A stretch of 64,000 nt of DNA. Source: Octopus bimaculoides (lineage: Eukaryota). How positions within the stretch are numbered: the first letter of the stretch is position 1; every line of letters begins with the position of its first letter. The notes under the pieces were generated by a model, which was not told the DNA's origin, did no database searches, and worked only from the letters and a program-made list of their open reading frames with translations. The stretch spans positions 173,769,644 through 173,833,643 of the forward strand of contig NC_068981.1 of the NCBI RefSeq assembly GCF_001194135.2, written 5' to 3'. Below are positions 12,464 through 25,134 of this stretch, one piece after another. A program made the translations under genes and the position numbers.

Positions 12464-13139
12464 TTAAGACCATAGTAGAAGACTGTTTTTACTCAAAGTG
12501 CCACACAGTAAAACTGAATCAGGAACCATTTGGTTAAACTTATATTACTGATAGTCCTCTATGAAAAAAAAAGAAGTATATCTGTATTGCATTTCTTTCA
12601 TCCCTCATAACCTAGTAACTAGCATATTGCTTTATGATTCAAGTAAACCCTATTGAAACCCACATAGTCAATATACCGTAAAAACCCATGTAAATTGTGC
12701 ACCTGTGTAATTTACTCAGGTGATTTTCAGGATGAAAATTGTTAAAAAAACGCTTCTACTTATGTAAAATTCACACCCAAAAGTTTTCAGAATTGGCGAT
12801 ATGGCCAGGGGAAAAAAGGTTTTCAATTTAGTTGTATTTAGCATAATTTCACTTATTTATGATTAGATTTTATTAAATTTTCATTAAATAAAAATAATTT
12901 CTGTTTAACAGGCATCACATTAAAAGCTATTAAATTACAAAGTGTTTGTCGTCTGTAGAAATAAAATCGGTTTTGCAGGACTGAAACATGTCAGTCCGTT
13001 TTACTCACTCAGTATACCCTTCTTCTCCTCCCTTATGAGACTGACAATGGCAGTCTGCTTTAGCCACTTGGTATACCCTCCTCCTCCCTCGACGTTAGTA
13101 TGCCAATAAAAATAAATGAAAAATATGAGGCTGATTATG

Positions 13140-13325
13140 TGTGTGTTTGCGTGCATGTAACTGTATGAGACTGTGTTTAAGTCTGTGTTTACGCATAACT
13201 GTATGAGATTGTGTGTTTGTATGTGTATGTAACTGTATGAGACTGTGTGTTTGTATGTGTATGTAACTGTATGAGACAGTATGTTTGTCTGTGCATGCAT
13301 GTACTTGTATGAGACTGTGTGTCTC
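13140..13325. repeat. Minisatellite, about 5 copies of a 34-38-bp TG-rich unit
   Basis: taactgtatgaga recurs at 13158, 13196, 13230 and 13264, with a variant near 13302. Confidence 0.85.
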
Positions 13326-13767
13326 CACATAATCGGAAACAACCAAAATATTATTTTACAAATTGTGAGCATGTATCTTATCTATAAAAGGCATTTGCCA
13401 GTTCAATATTTCTATGTCCCTGCACACTATTTCTTGATAGTTGCTGATCCTATGCTGGATCATCAATTCTTTTAACAGATTTTGTTTTTGTCGAGCTGGG
13501 TTTCTAGAAACCCTTGTCACCAAGTTAGTTTGGGGCAGCTTCATTGCCGACAACCTAACCATGCAACAGGTCATAATGGATTATACATTATCAGTAGCAC
13601 ACAAAACACACAGATTATACACACACACACACAAACACATATATATCATATACACATACACACACATTTTATACATATAAACACACACATTTTGGTGCAA
13701 ATTTTCCCAAACTATTATTTGGTTTTACAGCATTATGAATTTTATTACAAAATGTTTCAGAATTTCA

Positions 13768-13836
13768 TCAAATGGAAGTTGGAATCATGTTTAAGTTGAT
13801 CAAATGCCGCATAGTTGGACGACCATGAGGGCAATT
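13768..13836 (-). CDS. PMS2: PMS2 terminal exon 21 (NCPHGRPTMRHLINLNMIPTSI*)
   Basis: CPHGRP zinc motif; tttcag acceptor; TGA stop at 13770-13768; an AATAAA follows at 13746-13741. Confidence 0.97.
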   Translation of the reverse strand, partial: NCPHGRPTMRHLINLNMIPTSI

Positions 13837-14491
13837 CTGAAATATATATAATATAATAATCAGAATATATAAAGTAATGAATATTAGTGAAAAAAATTAA
13901 ATACAAACATTATTTTTTTAAATTGGTGATGGGGGTAGTGTTGATTATGATCAGTGTCCTAAGAGTTCATTTGCTCTATCTCCGAAGACAGAGGTGCAAC
14001 ATTTTTTCTGGATCAACTTTTGACTCTTCCAACCAGGAAAAAACAGGTATTCATTCTGTTAACTTTCTCAGTAGGTTAAGACTGAATTTGAACTTAAGGT
14101 TTTAAGACATTGAAATAAGTGCCACCATTAGAGTTATTAAAATTAGGAAACAAAACTGAGTTGTGGGCTTGGTTCTCTGAGAGTGTGCCACTACTCTATG
14201 ACACTTGAATTGCTTCACAAATCAATATTTTTGCTCAGGTTACACAGTCTTTTATGTAAGAGGAAGTTGCCTTGTCAAACCAACTCCATTATATTAATGG
14301 TACTACAAACTGTGGAAAGATGATAGGTTAAATTGTGGGTAAGTGACATTTGAAACAAACCAGATACGATACTAAACTAAGTACCAAAAAATATCTAGTC
14401 TTGCATGCTACCAAATATTCAAACCCTGTATAAGATACAAATTTAAGTTAAATTATAAAACAATTTAAAATTACACAATGCTTAAACTTAC

Positions 14492-14527
14492 CCATGGTTG
14501 GTCAAGTTCTGACATGTGACAGATGAG
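14492..14527 (-). CDS. PMS2: PMS2 exon 20 (LICHMSELDQPW)
   Basis: tcacag acceptor and TGG|GTAAGT donor; 36 nt. Confidence 0.93.
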
Positions 14528-15285
14528 CTGTGAATATGAGAAAGGAAAGTGGGATTAACAAAAACTGAATTCAATTGCATATAAAAAAAAACACAAACAA
14601 AAATATGTGAGAGGGAAAAAAGGGCTGTTTTCAATTGCTATTTCTTTTAATGTTCTAACAATGGATATTCTGTAATTGTCTTACAATGCTATGCTTCATT
14701 ACTAACAGGAGAATTATGTGAGGTCACAAGAGTTTTGTGCACAAGCGTGCTGATAAAGGGAGGATGAAATGACATTGACAGTCAACAACTTCTATGTTTG
14801 GACAATAACTCCTGGAAATTAGAGATTACAATGAATATCATGCTGTCAATGTTTAATGTCTATAGCTTGTGGTTTTACATGTAACTGTATTTAACATCCA
14901 TTTATCCACGTTTTAGACTATTCATCAAATTTATATTTTCAATAGTTGTTGGATGTGATAATTTTTAGAGTTAGAGGTTTCCTAACACTTATAGTTGTTT
15001 AAATTACTAGGTCGATAAAGTAATTATTGAACTGTGACTTCAGGTGTCGTCATTTCAAATCTACAGATATTTCATTGTATTTTTGCAATTTGCACTTAAT
15101 TTAAAATGCCTCCATTCATTTAGTTATTAGGAATAGGTAATAGATTTTCTGAGAATATTCCTAACAACCTAGGGAAGTGCTGGATGTAATCAGCCTCAGA
15201 AAATTATGTAGGTATTTTTTAATACAAAGTCTTAGGAAAATCTCAACTGTTGATAACAGAACAGAATAGGAACAATATTGTATAC

Positions 15286-15390
15286 CGTTTTCATTTCTCT
15301 TTTTTTGAGAGCAGTTCCAATCATTATTGATTTGCGACAGGCACGAGAAGCAAACATCTGACATATACGGGATGGACGGCACATGACACC
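15286..15390 (-). CDS. PMS2: PMS2 exon 19 ([35 protein letters not shown])
   Basis: ACR zinc motif and [10 protein letters not shown]; tgttag acceptor and ACG|GTATAC donor; 105 nt. Confidence 0.97.
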
Positions 15391-16028
15391 CTAACAAAAT
15401 AAACAAGATATATTCCAAAGATTTTTCAAAATTATATTTCAATCAGTTTCATTTTTTTATTCATCCTTAAGCAAATAAATTTAATCAAAAAGATTAAAAT
15501 AGCACACACACACCACAATCTCAAATTGTTATTTCTCTCTATCTATTTTACAAATCCTCAATGAAATGTGATGATATAATTACAAATATAATTTACTGAC
15601 AGGAACCTTTTATCTACATAATCCTAAAGAAAACACTGTCTTAAGAATTCTTGCAGTTTGAGTTGTCAACTATCAACCAAATGCCATCCCATCCAACATA
15701 GATGAACAACCACCTCCATTATAATTGTCAACCTCTTTCCACTTTCATTGACCACCAATATAATGAAATAAATAATGTTATTGGTTCATAGGACACATGC
15801 ATCTCTGCACTCTTTCATGTTGGTAACCATGAACACCAAAGCAGTCAATTACAGCCCGATAAGAAAGAATTCATTCTTACAGTAGGATGGCATATGGTAT
15901 GTTTGTGGGCCATCTAGGAAGAGGATTTTCTCCCGGGGCTATTTTCACAGCGAATGTACTCAACTGTGTTAAATATGGCTTTACATGAAAATTAAATTGA
16001 TAACAAAAAGATTCATAAAATTTCTCAC

Positions 16029-16066
16029 CGGAAAATCTGTCAGCATGAAAATAAGTTCTTCAATAT
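16029..16066 (-). CDS. PMS2: PMS2 exon 18 (DIEELIFMLTDFP)
   Basis: Matches vertebrate DVDELIFMLSDSP; ttttag acceptor and CCG|GTGAGA donor; 38 nt. Confidence 0.93.
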
Positions 16067-17254
16067 CTAAAATAGACATAAGAGAAAACATACAGGATTG
16101 TTGCTATTCTTGTTGTCATGTTTAATGTAAGGTGTGTGCTGTAGCTAACCACTTTACATCCATTTTAATGCGTGTGTGTATATGTTTGTGTGGAGTGTCT
16201 TTGTGCCTGTGTTTGTCCCCCACCACTGCTTGAAAACTGAACCGGTGTTGGTGTGTTTATGTCCCCATAACTTAGCAGTTCGGCAAAAGAAACCAACAGA
16301 ATAAGTACTAGGGTTAAAAATAAGGAAAAAAAAAAGCCCTAGGGTCAATTTCTTCAACTAAAACCCTTCAAGGTGGTGCCCCAGCATGGCACAGTCAAAT
16401 GAATTAAATAAAAGATAAAAGATTTACATATTCTTCAAGTATGTCATGGGTGCAGATATAGCTGTGTGGTTAAGAAGTTTGCTTTGCAACCATGTGATTC
16501 CAGGTTCATTCTCATTGCACAGCATTTGGACATTTATGATAATGAGAATAACAAGGGAGCATCTGTACAACTTGGGCAAAACAAATATCACAAGGAATTT
16601 CATTTCAAAAGTTCTAGTTTATAGGTTTCTCATGGTTCCAAGTTGATCCCACTGCACAGTACCTTGGTAAGTGTATATTACCTTAGCTTCTTGTTGATCG
16701 ATACCTTATGAAAGGAGTCTCATAAATAGAAACTGAGTAAATGCTCATTGTGTGTGTCTGCAACTTCTTGCTGAAAAAACTGCACAGATGATTTGATTAT
16801 AGTGAACAAATGTTTATGCTGTACAGTAGCTCATTCCCTCCATCAAATCGACATTCTATGTTCAGGTGCACAGTGTGCTATACACCAACTGTGGAAGTGA
16901 TCACAAAGCAACATGAAATGAAGTGTTTTGTTTAAGAACATGACACACCAACTAGTCACGGAATCGAAGGTACAATCTTGTGAACGTGAGTGCAGCACCA
17001 TAACCACTAGGCCATGCACCTTCACATATACACACAATGAGCTTTTGTAGAGTTTCCATCTATTAAACTCTACTCATAAAGCATTGATCGAGGTGCTATG
17101 CCACAATAGGATCAACTTATAATCACGAAAAACCTATAAACAGATACTCACTCATTTGTTTGTGAGCTGGAGGATATCCTGAATTCCATTTGTTAATCAG
17201 TTGAGAAGCAGCTCTTCTGCTCATTAGTGTATTAATTGCAGATTCTGACTTTAA

Positions 17255-17474
17255 CCCTTTAGCATTTAAACCAACCATATCTAGATGAAATATTCAACTT
17301 GTTTTATGCTCAAACTGATCAGATCCAGCTACTCACATCTACCCTACAATGTCATTCTAAAAATAAACAATCACATCATCAAAATCTCAAAGGTATGAGA
17401 TAATGCATGATTAATTGAAAGCAATATGGATTAATAAGTATTACAATTGGCAGAGTAATCTGAATGCTAAAGGG
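17255..17474. mobile_element. piggyBac-like MITE, copy A
   Basis: TTAA-CCCTTTAG ... CTAAAGGG-TTAA termini; internally similar to 12243-12463. Confidence 0.85.
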
Positions 17475-17737
17475 TTAACAACATTTGAACCTAATACACC
17501 AAGCTAACAAAATTCTTGTCAAGCATTGGTACCCCACAGTCTCTTTCAAATAGATTTATTTCCTTGTAATGTCTATTTATACTATGATTGAATGAACATT
17601 AATATAAACTGTTGGTCTCTCAACTAATAAACTAACATTGTACTGATCCAAATGAAACTGACTCACAATTCCATTTGGTTCAGTAGGATTCAACCGGAAT
17701 TGCTTCCAAGTATTGACACATTATTAGAAACACTTAC

Positions 17738-17907
17738 CTTCTTTGCCAAAATTCCAGTTTTTACTCACAGGTGCTGTTTCCAGTTTCACTCGCTGACCTG
17801 GTACAGCAGATTCATCAATTATAAAGCTGAAGCCATTTCGGTTGAAAATCTCAATACTATTGAGAAGAATAATTTCATTGCTTGCAGTTAATTCCAAAGG
17901 CTGAGGA
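17738..17907 (-). CDS. PMS2: PMS2 exon 17 (PQPLELTASNE...NGFSFIIDE...SKNWNFGKE)
   Basis: Regulatory subdomain; taccag acceptor and G|GTAAGT donor; 170 nt. Confidence 0.96.
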
Positions 17908-18172
17908 CTGGTAAAACAATATGGGAATAATAAAAGTAGTTGTAGTGGTAGTAAAAAGGGTTGAATATATTTGAAACATGAATAAAAATTTTAAAGTTTT
18001 CAGGTCCTTAGAGAAATATGTGTCCAGACTACTATAGGTGTAGTCATAGCCATGCAGTAAAAAGTTCAGTCACATTGTGTGGTACCTCGGGCAGCAGCCT
18101 TCTACTATAGCCCCAGGTCAATCAAAGCATTGTGGGTGGATTTGGTAGCCAGACACAGGTTGAGAAACCTGT

Positions 18173-18227
<55 letters not shown>

Positions 18228-18967
18228 TACTGTCTCCCTTGCCTTGACTTCATGTGGAACTTGTGAATGACTGTCACCAACATGTAAGTGGTGTTCATTT
18301 CCAATCTTCTGTAAAAACATGTCTGATCATGGGCAATATTACCTTACTTGGAAAGAGGTGAGGGTTAGTGATAGGAAAGGCATCCAACTGTAGAAAATCT
18401 GCCTCAATAAATCCAGTCAAATGACTGAAACAAGTAAAAGATAGAAGATATAAAAAATCAAGTCCAGCTCTCTGCTTCTCATCAGCAGTATATTGATCAA
18501 TCAACAATTTCTAACATTGATCTATATTAGAAAAATGGTATAGACAAATAAATCAACCACAGAACTTGACTTTTATTTACCTCAGCAGAATTTGAACTCA
18601 GAATGTAAATGCATCTAAATTCTGCAAAGTTATTTTGTCCACTGTAATATAGATTCTACCATCCACTGCCCTTCCACAGTCACTCATTTTGAAGGAGGGG
18701 GTACAGTCAATTTTACAGCCTCCAAATGCATAACATATTTTATCAACATTAGAAAGATGAAAGGCCAAGTTAACCCTGGTTGGATTTGAACTCAGAATGT
18801 CAAGGGACCTAACTGAATACTTCAAGGCATTTTGTTCAGTGTTCTACTGATTCTCTCTTCCAAAGCTTTTCAAATGATAAAATAACAGTAATTTTAGCCA
18901 TCAATTCTACTATACAGTTATTATTATTTGTTGGAGAATAAATTAGGTAGGTCAGTTATTTGCTCAC

Positions 18968-19098
18968 CGAATCAATTTCTGGCCTTGCATTACTGTGTTT
19001 TTCCGCAATTTCTCAAAATTATATTTTTCATCAGTAGCATGTTGATCCACAATGAATAAGTCCTCATTTAATCGTGTGATGATAAAGCCAAGGTTGAA
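18968..19098 (-). CDS. PMS2: PMS2 exon 16, endonuclease motif ([24 protein letters not shown])
   Basis: Intact DQHA(X)2E(X)4E metal-binding motif; tttcag acceptor and CG|GTGAGC donor; 131 nt. Confidence 0.98.
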
Positions 19099-19840
19099 CT
19101 GAAAGAAGTTTAAAAAACAGCATAAATAATGTTTTTATATGTGTGTGCATGCATTTGAATGTGTGTAAATGTGTGTGCATTGATGTGCAAATATATGTGT
19201 AAATGTATGTGCGTGTTTGTGTGCATGCATACCAGTTTCCACAATGAGTATTCTGGGTGTTTTAATCAATGAAACTACATACTGAATCACAGTGCAAGTA
19301 TGTATATATTCCATCCAAACATTAGTACCCTTAACATAATTCTCAAGCATAAGTACAAACTTATACAGTTCAAAGTGCTGAGATTTAATTCCAGCCAAAA
19401 TTGGTTGAATTCTGTCATTCTTTAATGTAAAAAGTTATTATTTGAAACATTCTGAACATCCTAAAATAAACTATGGGACAGAACAAAACAAAAATTTTGC
19501 TAGAAACAAAACTGTCATATCATTCAATTGTAGCTCCTTTATCAAGAAGCATTTTATTTCTATCAAATTTAATTTTACTGAATTTATTGAAACATTTTTC
19601 AATCCAACAAAGGATAGTTTTAAAATATGCTAAATGTATAACTAATGAATGCATGTAATTAGCAGAAACACTTCCACAAAAAAATACATGGAATATTCAG
19701 AGGCGAAAATGCTTCTATATAACAAAGACACATTCCAGTATACTCTGATAACTCCAGGATACCTCTTATACCTGCTACAGGTGATGAATAAAAGGAGTAT
19801 TTTATAAACAACAACCAATAAAGATAATCTCAAAATTTAC

Positions 19841-20065
19841 CTGTCCCAAGATTTCCATACTTTTAAACATACTTTTGTCAATTTGTTTAGCAAGTTCTTC
19901 CTCAGCTGATTTATTTTCACTTGGAGAAATTTTTGCTCGAAAGTTGCGACAAAGATCTTTGGAAGTATTCACTTTGTGTTCTCTATGTAATTTTAGTTTC
20001 TGACGGAGGGAATCCATAGAAAATGGCACGGTTGTTTCTTTTCTAAATATCTCTGACTCTTCATC
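19841..20065 (-). CDS. PMS2: PMS2 exon 15 (..PFSMDSLRQ..NFRAKISPSENKSAEEELAKQIDKSMFKSMEILGQ)
   Basis: FRAKI.P.EN..AEEEL...I.K.MF..MEI.GQ is PMS2-specific; poly-T tract plus cag acceptor, CAG|GTAAAT donor; 225 nt. Confidence 0.97.
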
Positions 20066-20397
20066 CTGAAAAAAAAAAAAAAAAAAAAATTGAAATTAAA
20101 AAATAAGATTGGGGGTGGGGTTCCATCCAACAAAGGATGGTTCTGGAAATTAGCATGAATTACTAAAAAAAGTAATTTTTATATTTGGATGATCTTATTC
20201 CTAACCATTCAAGAACTGTACAGTGTGGTTGGTATCTATGTTAGTTGTGCAGCTTGAGGTAATTAGATTAAAATACCTAAGAGGCTCAATACAAATGCTA
20301 CTGTGATGTTTCAACTTATGACTACTGTTACTTATCTTTCCTCATTGATTTGTTATTATTTGAGACATTTCCTGCATTATTCTTATAATGTGAATCA

Positions 20398-20693
20398 GTA
20401 GGAGTGGCTGTGTGGTAAGTAGCTTGCTTACCAACCACATGGTTCCGGGTTCAGTCCCACTGCGTGGCACCTTGGGCAAGTGTCTTCTACTATCGCCTCG
20501 GGCCGACCAAAGCCTTGTGAGTGGATTTGGTAGACGGAAACTGAAAGAAGCCTGTCGTATATATGTATATGTATATATATATGTATGTGTGTGTCTATGT
20601 TTGTCCCCCCAACATCGCTTGACAACCGATGGTGGTGTGTTTACATCTCCGTAACTTAGCGGTTCGGCAAAAGAGACCGATAGAATAAGTACT
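20398..20693 (+). mobile_element. tRNA-derived SINE family A (young copy, runs into gap)
   Basis: A-box tggctgtgtggtaag, B-box ggttcagtcc, ccttgggcaagtg core, (TA/TG)n middle. Confidence 0.9.
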
Positions 20694-21371
20694 NNNNNNN
20701 NNNNNNNNNNNNNNNNNNNNNNNNNNNNNNNNNNNNNNNNNNNNNNNNNNNNNNNNNNNNNNNNNNNNNNNNNNNNNNNNNNNNNNNNNNNNNNNNNNNN
20801 NNNNNNNNNNNNNNNNNNNNNNNNNNNNNNNNNNNNNNNNNNNNNNNNNNNNNNNNNNNNNNNNNNNNNNNNNNNNNNNNNNNNNNNNNNNNNNNNNNNN
20901 NNNNNNNNNNNNNNNNNNNNNNNNNNNNNNNNNNNNNNNNNNNNNNNNNNNNNNNNNNNNNNNNNNNNNNNNNNNNNNNNNNNNNNNNNNNNNNNNNNNN
21001 NNNNNNNNNNNNNNNNNNNNNNNNNNNNNNNNNNNNNNNNNNNNNNNNNNNNNNNNNNNNNNNNNNNNNNNNNNNNNNNNNNNNNNNNNNNNNNNNNNNN
21101 NNNNNNNNNNNNNNNNNNNNNNNNNNNNNNNNNNNNNNNNNNNNNNNNNNNNNNNNNNNNNNNNNNNNNNNNNNNNNNNNNNNNNNNNNNNNNNNNNNNN
21201 NNNNNNNNNNNNNNNNNNNNNNNNNNNNNNNNNNNNNNNNNNNNNNNNNNNNNNNNNNNNNNNNNNNNNNNNNNNNNNNNNNNNNNNNNNNNNNNNNNNN
21301 NNNNNNNNNNNNNNNNNNNNNNNNNNNNNNNNNNNNNNNNNNNNNNNNNNNNNNNNACGATTCTGAAACAA

Positions 21372-21411
21372 TTAACCCTAACCCTAACCCTAGGGTTAGG
21401 GTTAGGGTTAA
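21372..21411. repeat. 40-bp perfect palindrome of telomeric repeats (CCCTAA)3/(TTAGGG)3
   Basis: ttaaccctaaccctaaccct|agggttagggttagggttaa, centre between 21391 and 21392. Confidence 0.97.
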
Positions 21412-21908
21412 AGCAAATTTAAAATGAAAAAAGCAAATAAAACGAATCGATGGAGATTAAATATGCTTTACATCGCTTAATCAGCCAAAGGAGTAAATGT
21501 AAACAACTGAATACTTGTCAGTGATTGGTTGAAATTATCGAAATAAGACAATTTTTTACATGAAATAAATTCGAATACAAAAATATTTTTCTGTTCTATA
21601 ACACAAAATAGATAAGTATACGAAGTTTGAAAGTCTTTCCGTACCAAAAACACTACGTAAAACATTAATGAAAAATGTGGCCCCCGTTTTAAAATAGATC
21701 CCAATCATCTACTATTTTCAATGTGATCACAGAACACATTAAAACACAATGTATTTAGAGTGTTTGATTCGTTGGTTCTCTCAAGTTTTTGGTTGACCTT
21801 CCTCTGTGCCACAGCCCTACCCATATGGAGCCAACAATAATATTATAATAGTTGTATAGACTTCACTATTATGGTTTCTCAAATAAAGGTATATAAATGA
21901 TAACTTAC

Positions 21909-22375
21909 ATATTTTGTAATCACTTCACTCTTTGTCACCATTTCTCTTTCTGTCTCCTGTTCTTGTAACTCAGAAGCTTGTGATTGTGATTCTTCACTTT
22001 TAACACTGGCTGTATGTCCTTCAGGTGAAGAACTATGGTAATAAACTGATAGAGAGGAATGGGATTCTGTTTGGCTTTGTGAAGATTCAGGTTGACTGAG
22101 AGACAATCCTGAATCTGAAACAGGCTCAGTTTCATTAGATGAATGGAATGAGGCTGTGTCTTCATTTTGTACCTGTTTACAATGTTCGCCTTGAGAAATG
22201 TCTTTGAAAGTAAAAGAAGAATCCAGAAATGGTTCACTATACGTAAGTTTCTTTGGAGAACTTCCGTCAGATTCCACATTTTCATTGTCATCTTGTGGTT
22301 TTCTTTTCAGCCATCTTGAAAGACTGTTTAACGATTGAGCTTTCTTTAAAGTTGGTGTAGAGCTTGATAATTTTT
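21909..22375 (-). CDS. PMS2: PMS2 exon 14, large Ser/Glu-rich disordered linker
   Basis: 467-nt open frame within ORF 21879-22454; tttccag acceptor and TAT|GTAAGT donor; phases fit neighbours. Confidence 0.88.
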
Positions 22376-22765
22376 CTGGAAATAAACCAAAAAGCAATGT
22401 TATTTTCCTAGTTAGAGACACTGAAACTTGTAAGCCTCGTCCAAAAACAAACACTTTTTTCTTTTATTCATTTTAGAAATGAAGAGCTATTGAGTGTAAT
22501 AAAAAGTAAAGACAAGGATTTATGCATTCTAAGAGACCTTCAAGAAAACAAAGTTCTCAAAAGATAAATTTCTCAAAGTTGAAATAAGTATCATGTGGGA
22601 AATTACAGTAGTAACAATACCAATAATAATCAGAGCACTAAAAATGATAAAAAGAACCTAAAAACAGCAGAACTTGCAACTTTATACTCAATACAAAGTA
22701 TAGCTTTGGTAACCATAAATATTCTACAGCATCTTCTCAGTAGGATAATTAACACAATACATTCT

Positions 22766-23156
22766 TTACTCTTTTACTTGTTTCAGTCATTTGATCGCAA
22801 CCATGCTGGAGCACCGACTTTAGTCAAGCTAACTGACCCCAGGACTTATTCTTTTGTAAACCTAGTACTTATTCTATCGGTCTCTTTTGCCAAACCGCTA
22901 AGTTACGGGGACGTAAACACACCACCATTGGTTGTCAAGCAATGTTGGGGGGACAAACACAGACAGACAAACACACACACACATACATATAGACGACGAG
23001 CTTCTTTCAGTTTCCGTCTACCAAATCCACTCACAAGGCTTTGGTCGGCCCAAGGCTATAGTAGAAGACACTTGCCCAAGGTGCCATGCAGTGGGAATGA
23101 ACCTGGAACCATGTGGCTGGTAAGCAAGCTACTTACCACACAGCCACTCCTGCGCC
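22766..23156 (-). mobile_element. SINE family A, full-length
   Basis: Reverse complement of 20398-20693 plus 3' tail gtcaaatgactgaaacaagtaaaagagt. Confidence 0.9.
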
Positions 23157-23644
23157 TTTGCATATAAATATATAACAAAAACAGCATACTATATATACCC
23201 TCTTAACCCTGTCGACCTAAATACACTAAATTAGCAGGAACCTGACAAGAAAACAATACTGTTCACATTGAATGCTTAAATGCTTGAAACGAGTTACTGT
23301 AATTAAGATTATAATTTTCTAGACATTTATACTATTGTATTTAAACCCCACTTTGATCAGTTCACTTTCCAATTATCTGGATCTAAACACTTGATGACGG
23401 AAAAAAATAAAATAATAGAAACTTGCTGCAAGGCAAGCACACAACAGGGGAGATCTTCAGAGGAAGGACTCCCATCCAACAAATGTTTCAGCCCTTTTAC
23501 CTAACACTCTATGGGAGCCTGGCCCACCTAGGTCATGACTCCTAGGTGTCCTAAGAGCAGATATCAAAATATAGCATAGATATAATATGTAATAAAAATT
23601 TACTATAAAGATGAGGTGAATAGCAAAGAAAAATTATAATCTGA

Positions 23645-23922
23645 GTAAAGAATAAAAAGTTTAGAATGGTACAACAATGCACTATAAAACAAAAAATGGA
23701 CTATATACCTGTTGTAATTTGGTTATCTATAGTCCGATGATATTTCGGAATTACAATTCCTTTTTCAGATCTTCTTAGATGGAGTCCCCATCTAAGGAGA
23801 CCTGAAGAAGGAATTGTAATTCCGAAATATCATCGGACTATAGATAACCAAATTACAACAGGTATATAGTCCATTTTTTGTTTTATAGTGCATTGTACCA
23901 TTCTAAACTTTTTATTCTTTAC
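23645..23922. repeat. 278-bp near-perfect foldback (arms about 135 bp, loop about 5 nt)
   Basis: Left arm gtaaagaataaaaagtttagaatggtac...cttagatgg is the reverse complement of right arm ccatctaag...gtaccattctaaactttttattctttac. Confidence 0.95.
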
Positions 23923-24224
23923 AAACAATACACAATGCTTCAAGTGAACCACAATACTTTCATAATCTGAGTATTATTGATACTTGACGAACACAAGAAG
24001 GTGTATTGTTTGTTACAGTGAAAAACACTCGCAGGAAACCATAGAAAAGAATTAGTATTAACATCAACAGAACAATATAGATAAGACAATAACATTTATT
24101 TTATAAATAATAATGAATTAGATTTGGATTAAGTTTTAAATGTTTAAAAAATAGCTTTAATAAATAGCTTTAGATGATGGTGACGATGATAATAATGATG
24201 AACTCTCAAGTAGAAGACAACATA

Positions 24225-24465
24225 TGAGTGTTCAGTCTTTGCCAAACGACCTGCTCAAATGATTTTGTTTATGGTGATCAAATGTATATGCTGTACATTA
24301 GCTCACTCCCTCCATCAAATCAATGTTGCTTGAACAGGTGCACGGTGTACCACATGTGATGGTGTTGAATTGACGAGGTGAAGCATTTTGCTGAAGAACA
24401 CAACGTGCCACCCAGTCTAGGAATTGAAACCATGACCTCAAGATCATGGCGTAACACCCTAATTA
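24225..24465 (-). mobile_element. SINE family C (second copy at about 16760-17025)
   Basis: Shared tagctca(c/t)tccctccatcaaatc..caggtgcac..gaagc/tattttg..aagaaca, and a tRNA-like head with B-box on the minus strand. Confidence 0.7.
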
Positions 24466-25048
24466 TGATAATAATAATAATAAGACCAAAACAAAGTCTG
24501 TTTATTGAGCAACATGAGCATTCTTTGTGATCATAATATCTAGGCAAAACAATTTGACAAGCTCAGAAAATATAATGATTTGCTCATTGAAATTGAAAAA
24601 ATGTGACATCTCAAGACAGTTACAATACCAGTGATTATAAGAGTACTTAGAAAGATCAAAAAAGGAACTGAAAATTATTTGAGAATGATCCTTGGCTTAC
24701 CATCTATGCAAGAAGTGCAAAAGATTGTTTTAACTTGTACGTCACATGTATTAAGAAGAACATTGTCACTGTGAATTTTCTTTCCATTTTTTCTTTGTTT
24801 TCTTTTTTGTCAATTTTTTTCTTTTTCCTCCCTTTTCTGTCTTTCTTTTTTCCCCTTTTTTTTCTATCACATAACTTGACTTTATAAATGAAGAATCTGG
24901 GATGTTTATTTTAATGGCCTACTAATGTGTACAGTGATTTTCTTTGCCCTAAGTGTCAGGATGACACTCGGCAAGAAATGGAAACAAGATTGAAAAAAGA
25001 AAAATAACAACAACAATAATAAAAATAATAATAATGTAGCATACATAC

Positions 25049-25134
25049 GTTTTTCATTGTAAAATTTCATAAGGCTTGATGGTGTATTTTCATGAGAATG
25101 ATGGTTTAAACCAGATGAAGGGGAAGACATTGAC
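25049..25134 (-). CDS. PMS2: PMS2 exon 13, linker (SMSSPSSGLNHHSHENTPSSLMKFYNEK)
   Basis: accag acceptor and C|GTATGT donor; 86 nt, phase 2 to 1, bridges exon 12 to exon 14 in frame. Confidence 0.72.

Noticed and set aside
12990-13100. Purine-rich minus-strand stretch (GGGGYTKWLKQTAIVSLIREEKKGIL) ending at a GTGAGT
   Set aside because: Contains a small internal duplication (gtataccct..ctccct twice), has no acceptor or homology support and no gene to attach it to.
13356-13600. Overlapping 72-105 aa ORFs on both strands downstream of the PMS2 stop
   Set aside because: No recognisable motif or consistent splice partner; most simply PMS2 3' flank or old repeat.
20410-20460. tRNA-like A and B boxes in SINE heads
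   Set aside because: No cloverleaf, and they continue into SINE core sequence; not tRNA genes.
21372-21411. Ancient telomere-telomere fusion site
   Set aside because: The repeat orientation is the reverse of a fusion scar and the array is only three units per side.
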